Origin: the human T2T-CHM13v2.0 reference genome, Homo sapiens
DNA: 64,000 nucleotides
Assembly: GCF_009914755.1 (NCBI RefSeq)
Contig: NC_060927.1
Reading direction: 5' to 3' (one strand)
A model generated the notes under the pieces. The model did no database searches. It saw nothing but the letters and a program-made list of their open reading frames with translations, and was not told the DNA's origin. This document shows, one piece after another, positions 1 through 12,777 of this stretch. How positions within the stretch are numbered: the first letter of the stretch is position 1; each line of letters begins with the position of its first letter. The position numbers and the translations under genes were made by a program.

Positions 1-3000
1 TCTCAGTTGCCTGGGTGACTCCATTTCTGAATTTACTTACCTAAGTCCTTGTGGAATTCTTCAGGTGACTTTTAAGATGGAGGAAAATGATCAACTATAA
101 CCAATCTTTCCAGGTTACAAGAAGCTTTCTGGAGACTACATGAAAAAGAGCAGAGGTGGGTCTCCCTAGAAGCTTGGTTCTGAGATAAATCAGTCAGCTA
201 AGAGTGAGCACAGCAAGGACTCTCAGGAATTTACCTGCTGTCCTTGGGAGCATCTGACTGCAGCAGCTGGGCTCCTGGGCTGGCTCCCTACAGGCAAGCA
301 GTCTCTCTCTGGCCCAGGCCCAGGCCCACCCAGGCTCGCCGAGCTCTGTCCTGCTTTCTTCTTCCTCTTGATGTAAGAAGGCATTCCCTTAGCAGGCAAA
401 GGGCCATTGGCTGGAATGTTTGCTCAGCTTGTACGCAGGTTTCCACTCCTGGGCAATGCCCCTGTGACTTGCACATCTAGCTTAATTGAATGTTCTCAGT
501 AGGAGAACTAGATGCTCCATTAGATTTGTCCTCACATGGAGGCCCCGGGGAAAGTGTGTCTTGGAGTTCCTTCAGCCACTAGGTAGGGCTGGGTCTAGTC
601 TTAATTTTTCATGTAAATTGTGCCCCTTCTTAAGGCAGAACAGGAGAACAGGGGGATTACAAATCCTCATCCCTCCCATGGCCACAAGGACTCAAATTGC
701 TCTGGTCCAAGAAGGGGCCCTTTGCAATCCCCTTGTCCTCTCCAACCTCCCCCAACAGTTGAGAGTAGGTAGTAAGCTGGCAGTGGTCAATCCAAACCAC
801 CTCTTCCCAAGGGAGCTGTTCCTGCCTCTCTACCAAGGATCCTTGGAATGCCCTTGGCAATCCCATCCAGTGAAACTTGAGATTCCCTGACTTTTCTTTC
901 CACTAGACCTAAGGAATGTATGGCATTTTCATTTGACATATTATGGAAATCTTTGCAAATCAGTACATATGATCTACTTCATTCTTGTTTATTTGTTTAT
1001 TCACATTTCATTGCATTTTAAAGCAGGTATTAATGTAATAACATTCACATAGTTAGAAATTCAAGCAATAGATATACAATGAAAAGTCTGGTTCACTCAT
1101 GTTCATTTTCCACTATTGCTACTGTTAAACAGGAAACTATTTGTATTAATTTCTTGTGTATCTTTCCGGAGTTTCTTTATAAAATCAAATATAAAGATAT
1201 ATTTTCCCTCGTCTTTTTATCCAAAAAGTAGAATACAACAAACTTGAATCCTCATTTTTTTTACTTAATAGTATCTTTTTAAAAAATAATTATTTTTAAT
1301 TTTTATGGGTACATAGTTTTTTATAGGTACATAATTTTTATGGGTACATAATTTTTATGGTTACAAACAGGAGGTATTTTGATATAGGCATACAATGCAT
1401 AATAATCACATCAGGGCAAATGGGGGTATCTATCACCTCAAGAATTTATCCTTTCTTTGTGTTACAAACACTCCAGTTATACTCTTTTGGTTATTTTAAA
1501 ATATTCTATAAACTGTTGTTGACTTTAATCACCCTGTTGTGCTTTTATAAAATACTCAATTTTATGTAATCTTTTTTGTACCCATTAACTATCCCCACTC
1601 CCCCTCCCCACTACTCTTCCCAGTCTCTGGTAATGATTATTCTATAATACTCTCCATTTCCATGAGTCCAGTTGTTTTAATTTCTAGCTCCCACAAATAA
1701 GTGAGAGCATGTAAAGCTTGTCTTTCTGTGCCTGGCTTATTTCACTTAACATGATGTTCTCCAGTTCCATTCATGTTGTTGCAAATGACAGGATCTTGAT
1801 CTCTCTATGGCTGAATAGTACTCCATTGTGTATATGTACCATATTTTCTTTATCCATTCGTCTGTTGATGGACACTTGGGTTGATTCCAAATCTTGGCTA
1901 TTGTGGCTAGTGCTGCAATAAACATGAAAGTGCAAATGTCTCTTTGATATACTGATTTCCTTTCTCTTGGTTATATACCTAGCAGTGGGATTGCTGGATT
2001 GTATAATAGCTCTATTTTTAGCTTTTTGAGGAACCTCTATACTGTTCTCCATAGTGAATGTACAAATTTACATTCCTACTAACAGTGTATCAGGGTTCCC
2101 TTTTCTCCACATCCTCAGCAGCCTATTGCCTGTCTTTTGGATACAAGCCATTTTAACTGGGGTGAGACGCTATCTCATTGTAGTTTTGATTAGCATTTCT
2201 CTGATGGTCAATGACGTTGAGCACCTTTTCATATACCTGTTTGTCATTTGTGTAACTTCTTTTGGGAAATATCTATTCAAATCTTTTGCCCATTTTAAAA
2301 TCAGATTATCAGATTTTTGTCCTATTGAATTGTTTGAGCTCCTTATACATTCTGGTTATTAATCATTTGTCAGATGGATAGTTTGCAAATATTTTCTTTC
2401 ATTCTGTGGGTTGTCTCTTCACTTTGTTGACTGTTTTCTTTGCTATGCAGAAGCTTTTTAACTTGATGTGATCTCACTTGCCTTTTTTTGCTTTTGTTGC
2501 CTGTGTTTGTGGAGTACTACTCAAGAAATCTTTGCCCAGGCCAATGTCCTGAAGATTTTCCCCAAAGTTTTCTTATAGTGGTTTCATAGTTTGAGGTCTT
2601 AGATTTAAGTCTTTAATCCATTTTATTTGATTTTTGTATATGGTGAGAGATGAGTCTAGTTTCATTCCCCTGCATATGGATATCCAGTTTCTACAGTGCC
2701 ATTTATTGAAGAGACTGTTCTTTCTCCAATGTGTGTTCTTGGCCCTTTTGCTGAAAATGAGCTCACTGTAGATGTAGGGATTTGTTTCTGGGTTCTCTAT
2801 TCTGTTCATTGGCCTATGTGTCTGTTTTTATGCCAGTACCATTTATTATAGCTCTGTAGTATAATTCGAAGGGAGGTAATGTGATTCCTCCAGTTTTGTT
2901 CTTTCTGCTCAGGATGGTTTTGGCTATTCTGGATATTTTGTGGTTCATTTAAATTTTCAGATTTTTTTTTTTATTTTTGTGAAGAATGTCATTAGTATTT

Positions 3001-4864
3001 TGAATGTCAGTAGTATTTTGTGAAGAACGTCAATAGTTTATAGTACATTTGGGATGGCATTGAATCTGTAGATTGCTTTAGGTATTATAGCATGGACATT
3101 TTAACAATATTGATTCTTCCTATTCATGAACATGGAATATTTTTCCGTTCTTTGGTGTTCTCTTCCATTTCTTGCATCAGTGCTTTATAGTTTTTATTGT
3201 AGAGATCTTTTACTTCTTTGGTTAAGTTTATTCCTAGCCATTTTATTTTATTTATGGCTATGTAAATGGGATTAGTTTTTTGATTTCTTTTCCAGGTTGT
3301 TTGCCATTGGCATGTATGAATACTACTGATTTTAGTATGTCGATTTTGCATCCTGGAACTTTACTGAATTTGTTTATTAGTTCTAGTAGATTTTTTGTGG
3401 CGTCTTTAGATTTTCCTAAATATAAGAAAATACCATCTGGATATTTTACAAAGATAATTTGGATATCCTTGTAAAAGGATATAAATACTAGTAAAGGATA
3501 TATATCATATAGGTATATCAAAGTATATACAAAGTATACCAAAGGATATACTTACAAGGATATATATCCTGGATATAAATACAAGGATAATTTGTCTTTT
3601 TCCTTTCCAATTTAGATCCCCTTTCTTTCTTTCTCTTGCCTGATTGCTCTATCTAGGACTTCTAGTACTATGTTGAATAACAGTGGTGACAGTGGGCATC
3701 CTTATCTTGATCTAGATCTCAGAGGAAAAGCTTTCAGTTTTTCCCTATTCAGTATGATATTAGCTGAGGGTTTGTCATGTATGGCTTTTATTGTGTTGAG
3801 GTATGTTCCTTCTATACACAGTTTTTTGAGGTTTTTCTTTTTTATCATGAAAGGATGTTGAACTTTATCAAATGCTTTTTCAGGATCAACTGAAATGATC
3901 ATATAGTTTTTGTCCTTCATTCTGTTGATATGATATATCACATTGATTTATTTGCATATGTGAAACTATCTCTTGCATCCCTGGTATAAATCCCACTTGG
4001 TCATGATGAATGATCCTTTTAATGTGTTGTTGAATTTGGTTTGCTAGTATCTCATTGAGAATTTTTGCATCAATGTTTATCAGAGACGTTGACTTGTAGT
4101 TTTCTTTTTTTGACGGGTCTTTGTCTGGTTTTGGTATCAGGATAATACTGGCCGCATAGAATGGGTTTGGAAGTATTCCTTCCTCCTTTATTTTTTGGAA
4201 TAGTTTGACTAGAATTGATACTGGTTCTTCTTTAAATGTTTGGCAGAATTCAGCAGTGAAGCCATCAGGTCCTAGGCATTATTTTGCTGAGACTTTTTAT
4301 TATGGCTTCAATCTCGTTACTTGTTATTGGTGTATCAGGTTTTGAATTTCTTCATGGTTCAATCTTGGTAGGTGTGTGTGTCCAGGAATTTATTCACTTC
4401 CTCTAGGTTTTCAAATTTATTGGCATATAGTTACTCATAGTAGTTTCTAATGATCCTTTGAATTTCTGTGGTATCAGTTGTAATGTCTCCTTTTTCATCT
4501 CTGATTTTACTTATTTGGATCTTTTTTTCTTAGTCTGCATAAAGGTTTGTTGATTTTATTTATCTTTTCAAAAAATGACTTTTTATTTCATTGATTTTTT
4601 GTATTTTTTTCATTTCATTCATTTATTTCTTTTTTTTCTTATAAGGGATAGGTTATTTTCAATGTTAGAGCATCAAGAGCAGAGTCCAAATTTGAATGCC
4701 ATTGGAGTAGGAAGAAAAAGCATACTGAATGTGTAGCAGGGGCTCAACAAATAAGTTAGTTATTTGGTAAGTAACTTTAAAAGAACAATTTTGGAAAAGG
4801 CTAAAAATTAATTCCTGAAATATATCTCTTTAAAAAATGAGCTCTATATTTTTCTATATAAAGT

Positions 4865-5524
4865 TTTTTTAATTGTGGGGAAATTTATATAATATACAAT
4901 GAACCATTTTAAAGTACAATATGGTGATATTTAGTGTATTCATAATATTGTATAAACACCAGCTCTAATTTGAAAGCTTTTTTATCACTTCACAAAACAG
5001 CCATACATAGTCACTCCCCATTCCTCCCTCTCCCCATCCTCTGGTAACCTCCAATCTGCTTTCATTTCTATGGATTTACCTATTCTGGATCAAAAAGCAA
5101 ACCATACAATATATGTCTTTTTACGTCGAGCTTCTCTTGCTTAGCATAATGTTTTCAAGGTTCAAGTTGCAGCATATGTCAGTACTTAGTTCCTTTTTAT
5201 AGCTGAATAATATTCCATTGTATCTATATAACACAGTTTGTTTATCCATTCATTTGTTGATGAACATTGGGTTTCTACTTTTGTCTCCTAGAAATAATGC
5301 TGCTATAAACATTCAATTGCAAGTTTTTTTTTGTGGTCCTATGTTTTAATATCTCTTGGGTGTATACCTAGCAGTGGAATTGCTGATATAGAAATAGTTC
5401 TGTATTTAACTTTTTAAGGAACTTCTAAATGTTTCCAAGTGACTACACCTTTTTACATTTCTGCTAGCAATGTATGAAACTCTTATTTCTTCAGTTCACT
5501 AACACTTGTATTTCTTTTCCTTTC
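4865..5524 (-). mobile_element. Old L1MB-like 3' fragment carried inside the nested insertion
   Basis: Diverged L1MB-type 3' UTR motifs (tctatggatttacctattctgga; tgaataatattccattgta). Confidence 0.65.
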
Positions 5525-5896
5525 TATTTTTTCAAAAATATATAATTTCAATAGATTTTGGAATACAAGTGGTTTTTTTACATAGATGAATTGTATAGTG
5601 GTGAAGTCTGAGATTTTACTGCACCCATCACCTGAGTAGTGTACATTGCACCCAATATGTAGTTTCTTATTCTTCACCCCACTCCCACCCTCCCCATTTC
5701 TGAGTCTCAAGTTCATTATACCACTCAGTATGCCTTTGCATACCTATAGCTTAGCTCCCACTTATAGGTGAGAACATACCGTATTTGGTTTTCCATTCTT
5801 GAGTTACTTCACTTAGAATAATGGCCTCCAGCTCCATCCAAGTTGCTGCAAAAGAGAGCTTTCATTCTTTTTAAGGCTGAGTAGTATTCCAGGGCG

Positions 5897-5898
<2 letters not shown>

Positions 5899-5975
<77 letters not shown>

Positions 5976-5998
5976 TACATACATACATATACACATAC
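5899..5998. repeat. (AT)n(AC)n(ACAT)n compound microsatellite
   Basis: Visible directly in the sequence. Confidence 0.95.
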
Positions 5999-6504
5999 CA
6001 CATTTTCTTTATCCACTCATTGGTTGATGGGCAGTTAGGTTGGTTCTATATCTTTGCAATTGTGAATTGTACTGTGATAAACATACGTGTATAGGTATCT
6101 TTTGGATATGATGACTTCTTTTCCTTTGGGGAAATACCCAGTAGTGGGACTGCTGGATCTATTAATGGATTACTTTTAGTTCTTTAAGAAATCTCTATAC
6201 TTTTTTCCATAGAGTTTGTACTAACTTACATTCCCACCAGCAGTGCATAAACATTCCCTTTTCACCACCTCCATTCCAACATCTATTGCTTTTTTTGACT
6301 TTTTAATAATGGCCATTTTGGCTGGAGTAAGGTGATATACCATTGTGGTTTTAATTTGCATTCCCCTGATGACTAGTGATGTTGAGCATTTTTTCATATG
6401 TTTGTTGGCTATTTGTGTATCTTCTTTTGAGAAACGTCTTGACATTTGCCCATTTTTGATGGGATTACTTTTTTTTTCTTGCCACTTTTTTTTAAATAAG
6501 TGAA

Positions 6505-6875
6505 TTTTTTTTTTTTTATTATTATTATACTTTAAGTTTTAGGGTACATGTGCACAATGTGCAGGTTAGTTACATATGTATACATGTGACATGCTGGTGC
6601 ACTGCGCCCACTAACTCGTCATCTAGCATTAGGTATATCTCCCAATGCTATCCCTCCCCCATCCCCACACCCCACAACAGTCCCCAGAGTGTGATGTTCC
6701 CCTTCCTGTGTCCATGTGTTCTCATTGTTCAATTCCCACCTATGAGTGAGAATATGTGGTGTTTGGTTTTTTGTTCTTGCGATAGTTTACTGAGAATGAT
6801 GATTTCCAATTTCATCCATGTCCCTACAAAGGACATGAACTCATCATTTTTTATGGCTGCATAGTATTCCATGGT
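6505..6875 (-). mobile_element. Young L1PA2/L1PA3-like 3' fragment (about 370 bp) nested in the L1PB
   Basis: T tail followed by tatactttaagttttagggtacatgtgcac...tcatctagcattagg. Carries GAG rather than the L1HS-Ta ACA diagnostic. Confidence 0.85.
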
Positions 6876-9800
6876 CCTTGTAGATTATGGATATTCCTTT
6901 CTGGATGCATAGCTTGCAAATATTTTCTCCCATTCTGTGGGTTGTCTGTTTACTCTGATAATTATTTATTTTGTTGTGCAGAAGCTTTATAGTTTAATCA
7001 GGTCTCATTTATTTATTTTTGTTTTTGTTGCATTTACTTTTGCGGTCTTAGTAATAAATTCTTTACCTAGGCTAATGTCCAGAAGAGTTTTCTCTAAGTT
7101 TTCTTCTAGAATGTTTATGGTTTCAGGTATTTTACTTAAGTCTTTGATCCATCTTGATTTGATTTTTGTATATAGTGAGAGATAGGCATCCAGTTTCATT
7201 CTCCTACATGTGGCTATCCAGTGTTCCCAGCACCATTTATTGAATAGGGTGTCTTTTCCTCAATTTATGTTTTTGTATCCTTTGTTGAATATCAGTTGGT
7301 TGTAAATACTAGGTTTTATTTCTGGGTTCTCTATTCTGTTTCGTTGGTCTAAATTATCTATTTTTATATCAGAACCATGCTGTTCGATTACTATAATCTT
7401 GTAGTATAAGTTGAACTTAGGTAATGTGATGGTCCCTATTTGATCTTTTTCCTTAGGATTGTTTTAATTATTTGGGCTCTTATTTGGTTCCATATGAATT
7501 TTAGGATTTTTTTTTTCTAATTCTGTGAAAAATAATATTGGTAGTTTGATAGGAATTGCATTGAATCTGTAGATTGCTTTGGGCAGTATGGTCATTTTCA
7601 TGATATTGATTCTTCCAATTCATGAGCATGGGATGTGTTTCCATTTGTTTGTATCATATCTATGATTTCTTTCAGCAGTTTTGTAATTCTGCTTGTAGAG
7701 ATCTCTCACCTACTTGGTTAAGTATATTCTTAGGTATTTTATTTTAATTTTTGCAGCTATTATAAATGAGATTGAGTTCTTGATTTGATTTTCAGTTTGG
7801 TTGTTGTTGGTGTATAGCAGTGCTACTTATTTGTATACATTGATTTTGTAATCTGAGACTTTACTGAATTTGTTCATCAAATCTACGAGTCTTTTGTAGG
7901 AGTCTTTAGGTTTTCCAGGTATATGATTATATCATTGGCAAGCAGAGATAGCTTGACTTCCTATTCCAATTTGGATGCCTTTTATTTCATTCTCTTGTCT
8001 GATTGCTCTGGCTAGGACCTTCTCATTCATTTATTTCTGCTCTGATCTTTATTATTTCTCTTCTTCTACTAATTTTAGGTTTGATTTGCTCTTGCTTTTC
8101 TAGTTCTTTAAAATGCATCATTTGTTGTTTAAGTTTTTCCTACTTTTTTGATATAGGTGCTTATTACTATAAGTTTTCCTCTTAGTACTGCTTTTGCTGT
8201 ATCCCATAGGTTTTGCTGTACTGTGTTTCCATTTTCATTTGTTTCAAGATATTTTTATGCCTCTTTTAATTTCTTCATTGATCCACTGGTCATTCAGGAG
8301 CATATTCTTTAATTTCCATGTGTTTGTAGAGTTTCCAGAGTTCCTCTTGCTATTGATTTCTAGTTTTATTCCCTTGTGGTGAGAGAAGATACTTGATATG
8401 ATTTCAATTTTTTTGAGTTTTTAAACACTTGTTTTGTGACCTAACATATGATCAATCCTTGAGAACTATCCATGTGCTGAGGAGAAGAATGTGTATTCTG
8501 CAGCCATAGTATGAAATGTTCTATAAATATCTATTAGGTCCATTTGGTGTATAGTGCAGGTTAAGTCTGATGCTTCTTTGTTGATTTTTTCTGTCTGAAT
8601 GATCTGTCCAATGCTGAAGGTAGGGTGTTGAAGTCTCCAGCTATTATTGTATTGGAATGTATTTCTCTTTAGCTCTAATAATATTTGCTTTATGTATCTA
8701 GGTACTCCAATGTTGGGTGCATACATATTTAAAATTGTTATGTCTTCTTGCTGAATTGACCTCTTTATCATTATATAATAACCTTCTTTGTCTCTTTTTA
8801 TAGTTTTTGTCTTGAGATCTATTCTGTCTGATATAAATATAGCTACTCCTGCTTTTTTAGTTTTCATTTCCATGGAATATCTTTTTCCATCCCTTTATTT
8901 TAAGTCTATCTGTGTATCTGTGTCTTATAGATGAAGTGTGTTTATTGCAGGAAACAGATCATAAAATCTTGTTTTTTAATCTATTCAGCCACTCTGTCTT
9001 TTGATCGAAGAGTTTAGTACATTTGCATTCAGTGTTATTATTGATAAGTAAAGACTTACTCCTGTCATTTTGTTATTTGTTTTCTGGTTGTTTTGTAGTC
9101 TTCTTTCTTCCTTCCTTCCTGTCTTCCTTTTTGTGAAACTAATTTTCTATGGTCATGTGTTTTTATTTCTTGCTTTTTATTTCTTGTGTATCTGTTGTAG
9201 GTTTTTGATTTGAGGCTACTATGAAGCTTGCAAATAACATCTTATAACCCATCATTTTAAACTGATGACAACTCTTGATTGTAAAAACAAGCAAACAAAA
9301 AACTAATAAAAATGCTTAACTTCATTACCCCCGCCTTTTAACTTTTTGTTGTTTCTATTTATGTCTTAGTATACTATGTCTTAAAAAGTTGTTGTAGTTA
9401 TTATTTTTGATTGGTTCATCTTTTTGCCTTTCTACTTAAGATATGAGTACTTTACACACCATGATTACAGTGTTATAATATCTTATAGTTTTCTGTGTAT
9501 TTACTATTACCAGTGAGTTTTGTACCTTCAGATGATTTCTTATTGCTTGTTAATGTCATTTTATTTCAGATTGAAGAACTCTTTCTGGTATTTTTTTTAA
9601 CATCAAATCTGATGTTAATAAAACCCCTCAGCTTTTGTTCATCTGGGAAAGTCTTTATGTCTCTTTCTTGTTTGAAGAATATTTTTGTTGGATGTACTAC
9701 TTTAAAATAAAAGGGTTTTTTTCAGCTCTGTAAATTTATGATGACACTCTCTCCTAGCCTATAAACTTTCCACTGAAAAGTCTACTGCCAGGTGTACCAG

Positions 9801-12777
9801 AGCGCCATAGTATGGTACTTGTTTCTTTTTTCTAGCTGCTTTTAGGATCCCCTCTTTATCCTTCATCTTTGGGAGTTTGATTATTAAATGTCTTGATGTA
9901 GTCTTATTTGGGTTAAATCTGCTTGGCATCCTATAATTTTCTTGTATTTGAATATTGATATCTTTCTGCAGGTTTGGAAAGTTTTCATTATTATCTTATT
10001 GAATAAATTTTCTACCATTATCCCTCTCTCTCTACCTCCTCTTTAAGGCCAATTACTCACTCTTAGATTTGCCATTTGGGCACTATTTTATAGATCTTGT
10101 AGGTGTACTTTATTCTTTTTATTCTTTTTTTTCTTTTGTCTCTCCTGCCTCTGTATTTTCAAATAGCCTGTCTTCAAGCACACTAATTCTTTCTTCTGCC
10201 TGATCAATTTTGCTGTTGAGAGACTCTGAGGCATTCTTCAATTTGTCAGTTGAATATTTCAGCTTTAGAATCTCTGCTTGACTTTTAAAAAATTATTTCA
10301 TTCTCTTATTAAGTTTATCTGATAGGATTTTCAATTCTTTATGTTATATTGAATTTTGCTTAGCTTTTTCACAACAGCTGTTTCGAATTCTCTGTCTGAA
10401 AGGTCACTTATCTCTGTCACTCTGAAATTGTTCACTGGTGCCTTATTCAGTTTATTTGGTGAGATCATATTTTCTGGGATGGTCTTGATATTTGTGGATG
10501 TTTATCAATGTCTGGGCATTGAAGAGTTAGGTATTTATTCTAATCTTCAAAGTCTGGGCTTGTTTGCACTTGTCCTTCTTGATAAAGTTTCCCAAGTATT
10601 CAAAGAGAATTGAGTATTGTGATCTAAGTCTTTGGTCACTGCAGCCATAACTGCATTAGGAGGCATGCTAAGTCCAGTAATGCTGTGACTCTTACAGACT
10701 GGTAGAAATACTGCCTTGGTGGCCTTCAGTAAGATCTGAGAGAATTTTTTGGATTACCAGCCAGAGCCTCTTGTTTTCTTCCCTCACTCTCCCTCAAACA
10801 AACAAACAAATGAAGTCTCTCTTTCTCTCTTTCTGCTGAGCTGCCTGGAGCTGGGGAGGAGTGACACAAGCACTCCAAAGACCACGATCACTGCACCTGT
10901 GTTGGGTCATTACTGAAGCCAGCATAGTACTGGGTCTTGTCTAAGGCCTGTTGTGACTGTTGCCTGGCTACCTGATGTTTATTCAAGGTCCAAGAGCTCT
11001 TTAGTCACCAGGAGGTGGTGAATCCTGCCAGGCCTGAGCTCTTTCCCTTCAGGGCAGTGGGTTCCCTTCTGACCCAGGGTAGGTCTGCAAATGCCATCCA
11101 GGAGCTAGTAGGGTCTGGAATTGGGAACTTTAGAAATCTACTTGGTGCTTTATTTTACTGTGGCTGAGCTGGTATCCAAGTTGTAAGACAAAGTTCTTTT
11201 TACTCTTCCCTGTTTTTTCCTCAAGCAGGATTACCTTCCTGTGGCCACCACAGCTGAGAATGTGCTGGGTCACACCTGAAGCCAACATGGTACTGGGTCT
11301 CATGCAAGGCTTGTGGCAACTACTGCCTGGCTGCTGCTAATGTTTATTCAAGGACCAAGGGCTCTTTATTCACCAGGTGATGAATTCTGGGTCCTTCCCT
11401 TCAGGGGAGGAGGTTACTTTCTGGCCCAAGGTGGGTCTAGAAATGTTGCCTGGAAACTAGGTCCTAGAATGGAGGCTTCAGAACTCTGCCCTGTTACCCT
11501 ATTAGACTGTAGCTGAGCAGGTATCCAATTTGCAAGACAAATGTCCTCTTTATTCTCCCCTCTTCTGCCCTTAAGCAAAAGGAGTTTCTGCTGGAGCTGC
11601 AAGCTGTGCTGCCTGGAGTTGGGGGAGGGGTCATGCAAGCACTCCCTTGGCTGCCCCAGCTGGTGTCTCACTGGGTTGCATGCACTGCAAGTCCACCGGC
11701 TCCAAGCCCAGCCCAGCATCAGGACTTGCCCAGGAATGGTAGACTTTATGTCTGAAACTGCCTTTTAAGTTTATTTAGGATTCCAGAGCACTTTAGCCTA
11801 CAGTGGTGGGGCTAGCTGGAACTTAGTTTCCAACTGCTGGAATGGATTATTTCCTTCTGGCTAGGGCTGATCCAAATGCTCTTCCATGGGAACCTGCTGA
11901 ATTCTGTCCTGTGTTGCTTTTGGCTGTGACAGGGCAGCACTGAGTTCCAATGCAAAGTTTCACAATTACTTCACTCTTCCTCCTCCAAACACACGGACTC
12001 TCTCAGCACCACAAGGTACTGCTGGAGAATGGCGGATGAGTGGTGTAGACAACTCAAGACCATCTTTTCTACGCTCTTCAGTGCCTCTTTCCTTGGTAGG
12101 ATGTTAAAACTAAGTACTGTGATCACTCACCTGATTTTTGGTTCTTATGAAGGTGTTTTCTTGTGTGGATAGTTGTTCAATTTTGGTGTTCCTGCAGTAG
12201 AGACAATCAATGGAGGGTTCTGTTCAACTCTCTTGGGCCACCTCCTCCAATCCTGTTCTACTTAATGTATCTTGGCAAACTTTCCATATCAGTACAGAGA
12301 AAGCTTCTTCATTCTGACTGCTGCATAGTATCCCAGTGCTTGAAGGTAGCATGATTAATTTAGCCATCCAATTCATAGGCACAGGTTATTTGGGTTGCTT
12401 TCTATTACTTGTAATTACAAACAGTGCTATTCTGTTATATCTTGAACATATATTTTTGTGCACATTATAGAAAATGTCAAAGTGATTTTCATGTAGGTTG
12501 TTCCAGTGAATGAGAGTTCTTATTTTGTCACATACTTGGCAACCCTGAGATTATCAATATGATTTAAATATGTCTGCCAAACAGATAGGTTTGTAAAAAT
12601 GTACTTTATTGTTTTAATGTGAATTTCTTTGATTATAAGTAACAATTAAGAATATTTCCAAATATTTGTGAACCATTTTTCTTTTTTTGTGAGCTGCCTT
12701 TTCTTGTCCTTTGTTCATTTTAAATCGGGTTGTTTTAGCCTCTTTTAAATTGATTTTTAAAACTTGTTATATATTAA

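Larger units (their letters stand above)
5525..8022 (-). mobile_element. 5'-truncated L1PB-type LINE-1 nested in the L1MA
   Basis: L1PB-type 3' end (gatgaattgtatagtggtgaagtctgagatt) and ORF2 C-terminal remnants (ORFs 6221..6445, 7005..7199); right boundary is the TSD at 8023-8038. Confidence 0.8.
1278..12258 (-). mobile_element. Near full-length L1MA (L1MA1-3-like) LINE-1, interrupted at 4631-8022
   Basis: L1MA-type 3' end at about 1290; ORF2 remnants (RT ORFs 3124-3941, endonuclease ORF 8466..8873 KAGVAIFISD...YAPN); ORF1 and 5' UTR to about 12250. TSD tacttaat(a)gtatctt at 1262-1277 and 12259-12273. Confidence 0.85.

Noticed and set aside
1771-10613. Many L1 ORF2/ORF1-like ORFs as an active retrotransposon
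   Set aside because: All are short fragments with stops and frameshifts, and the element is interrupted by nested insertions.
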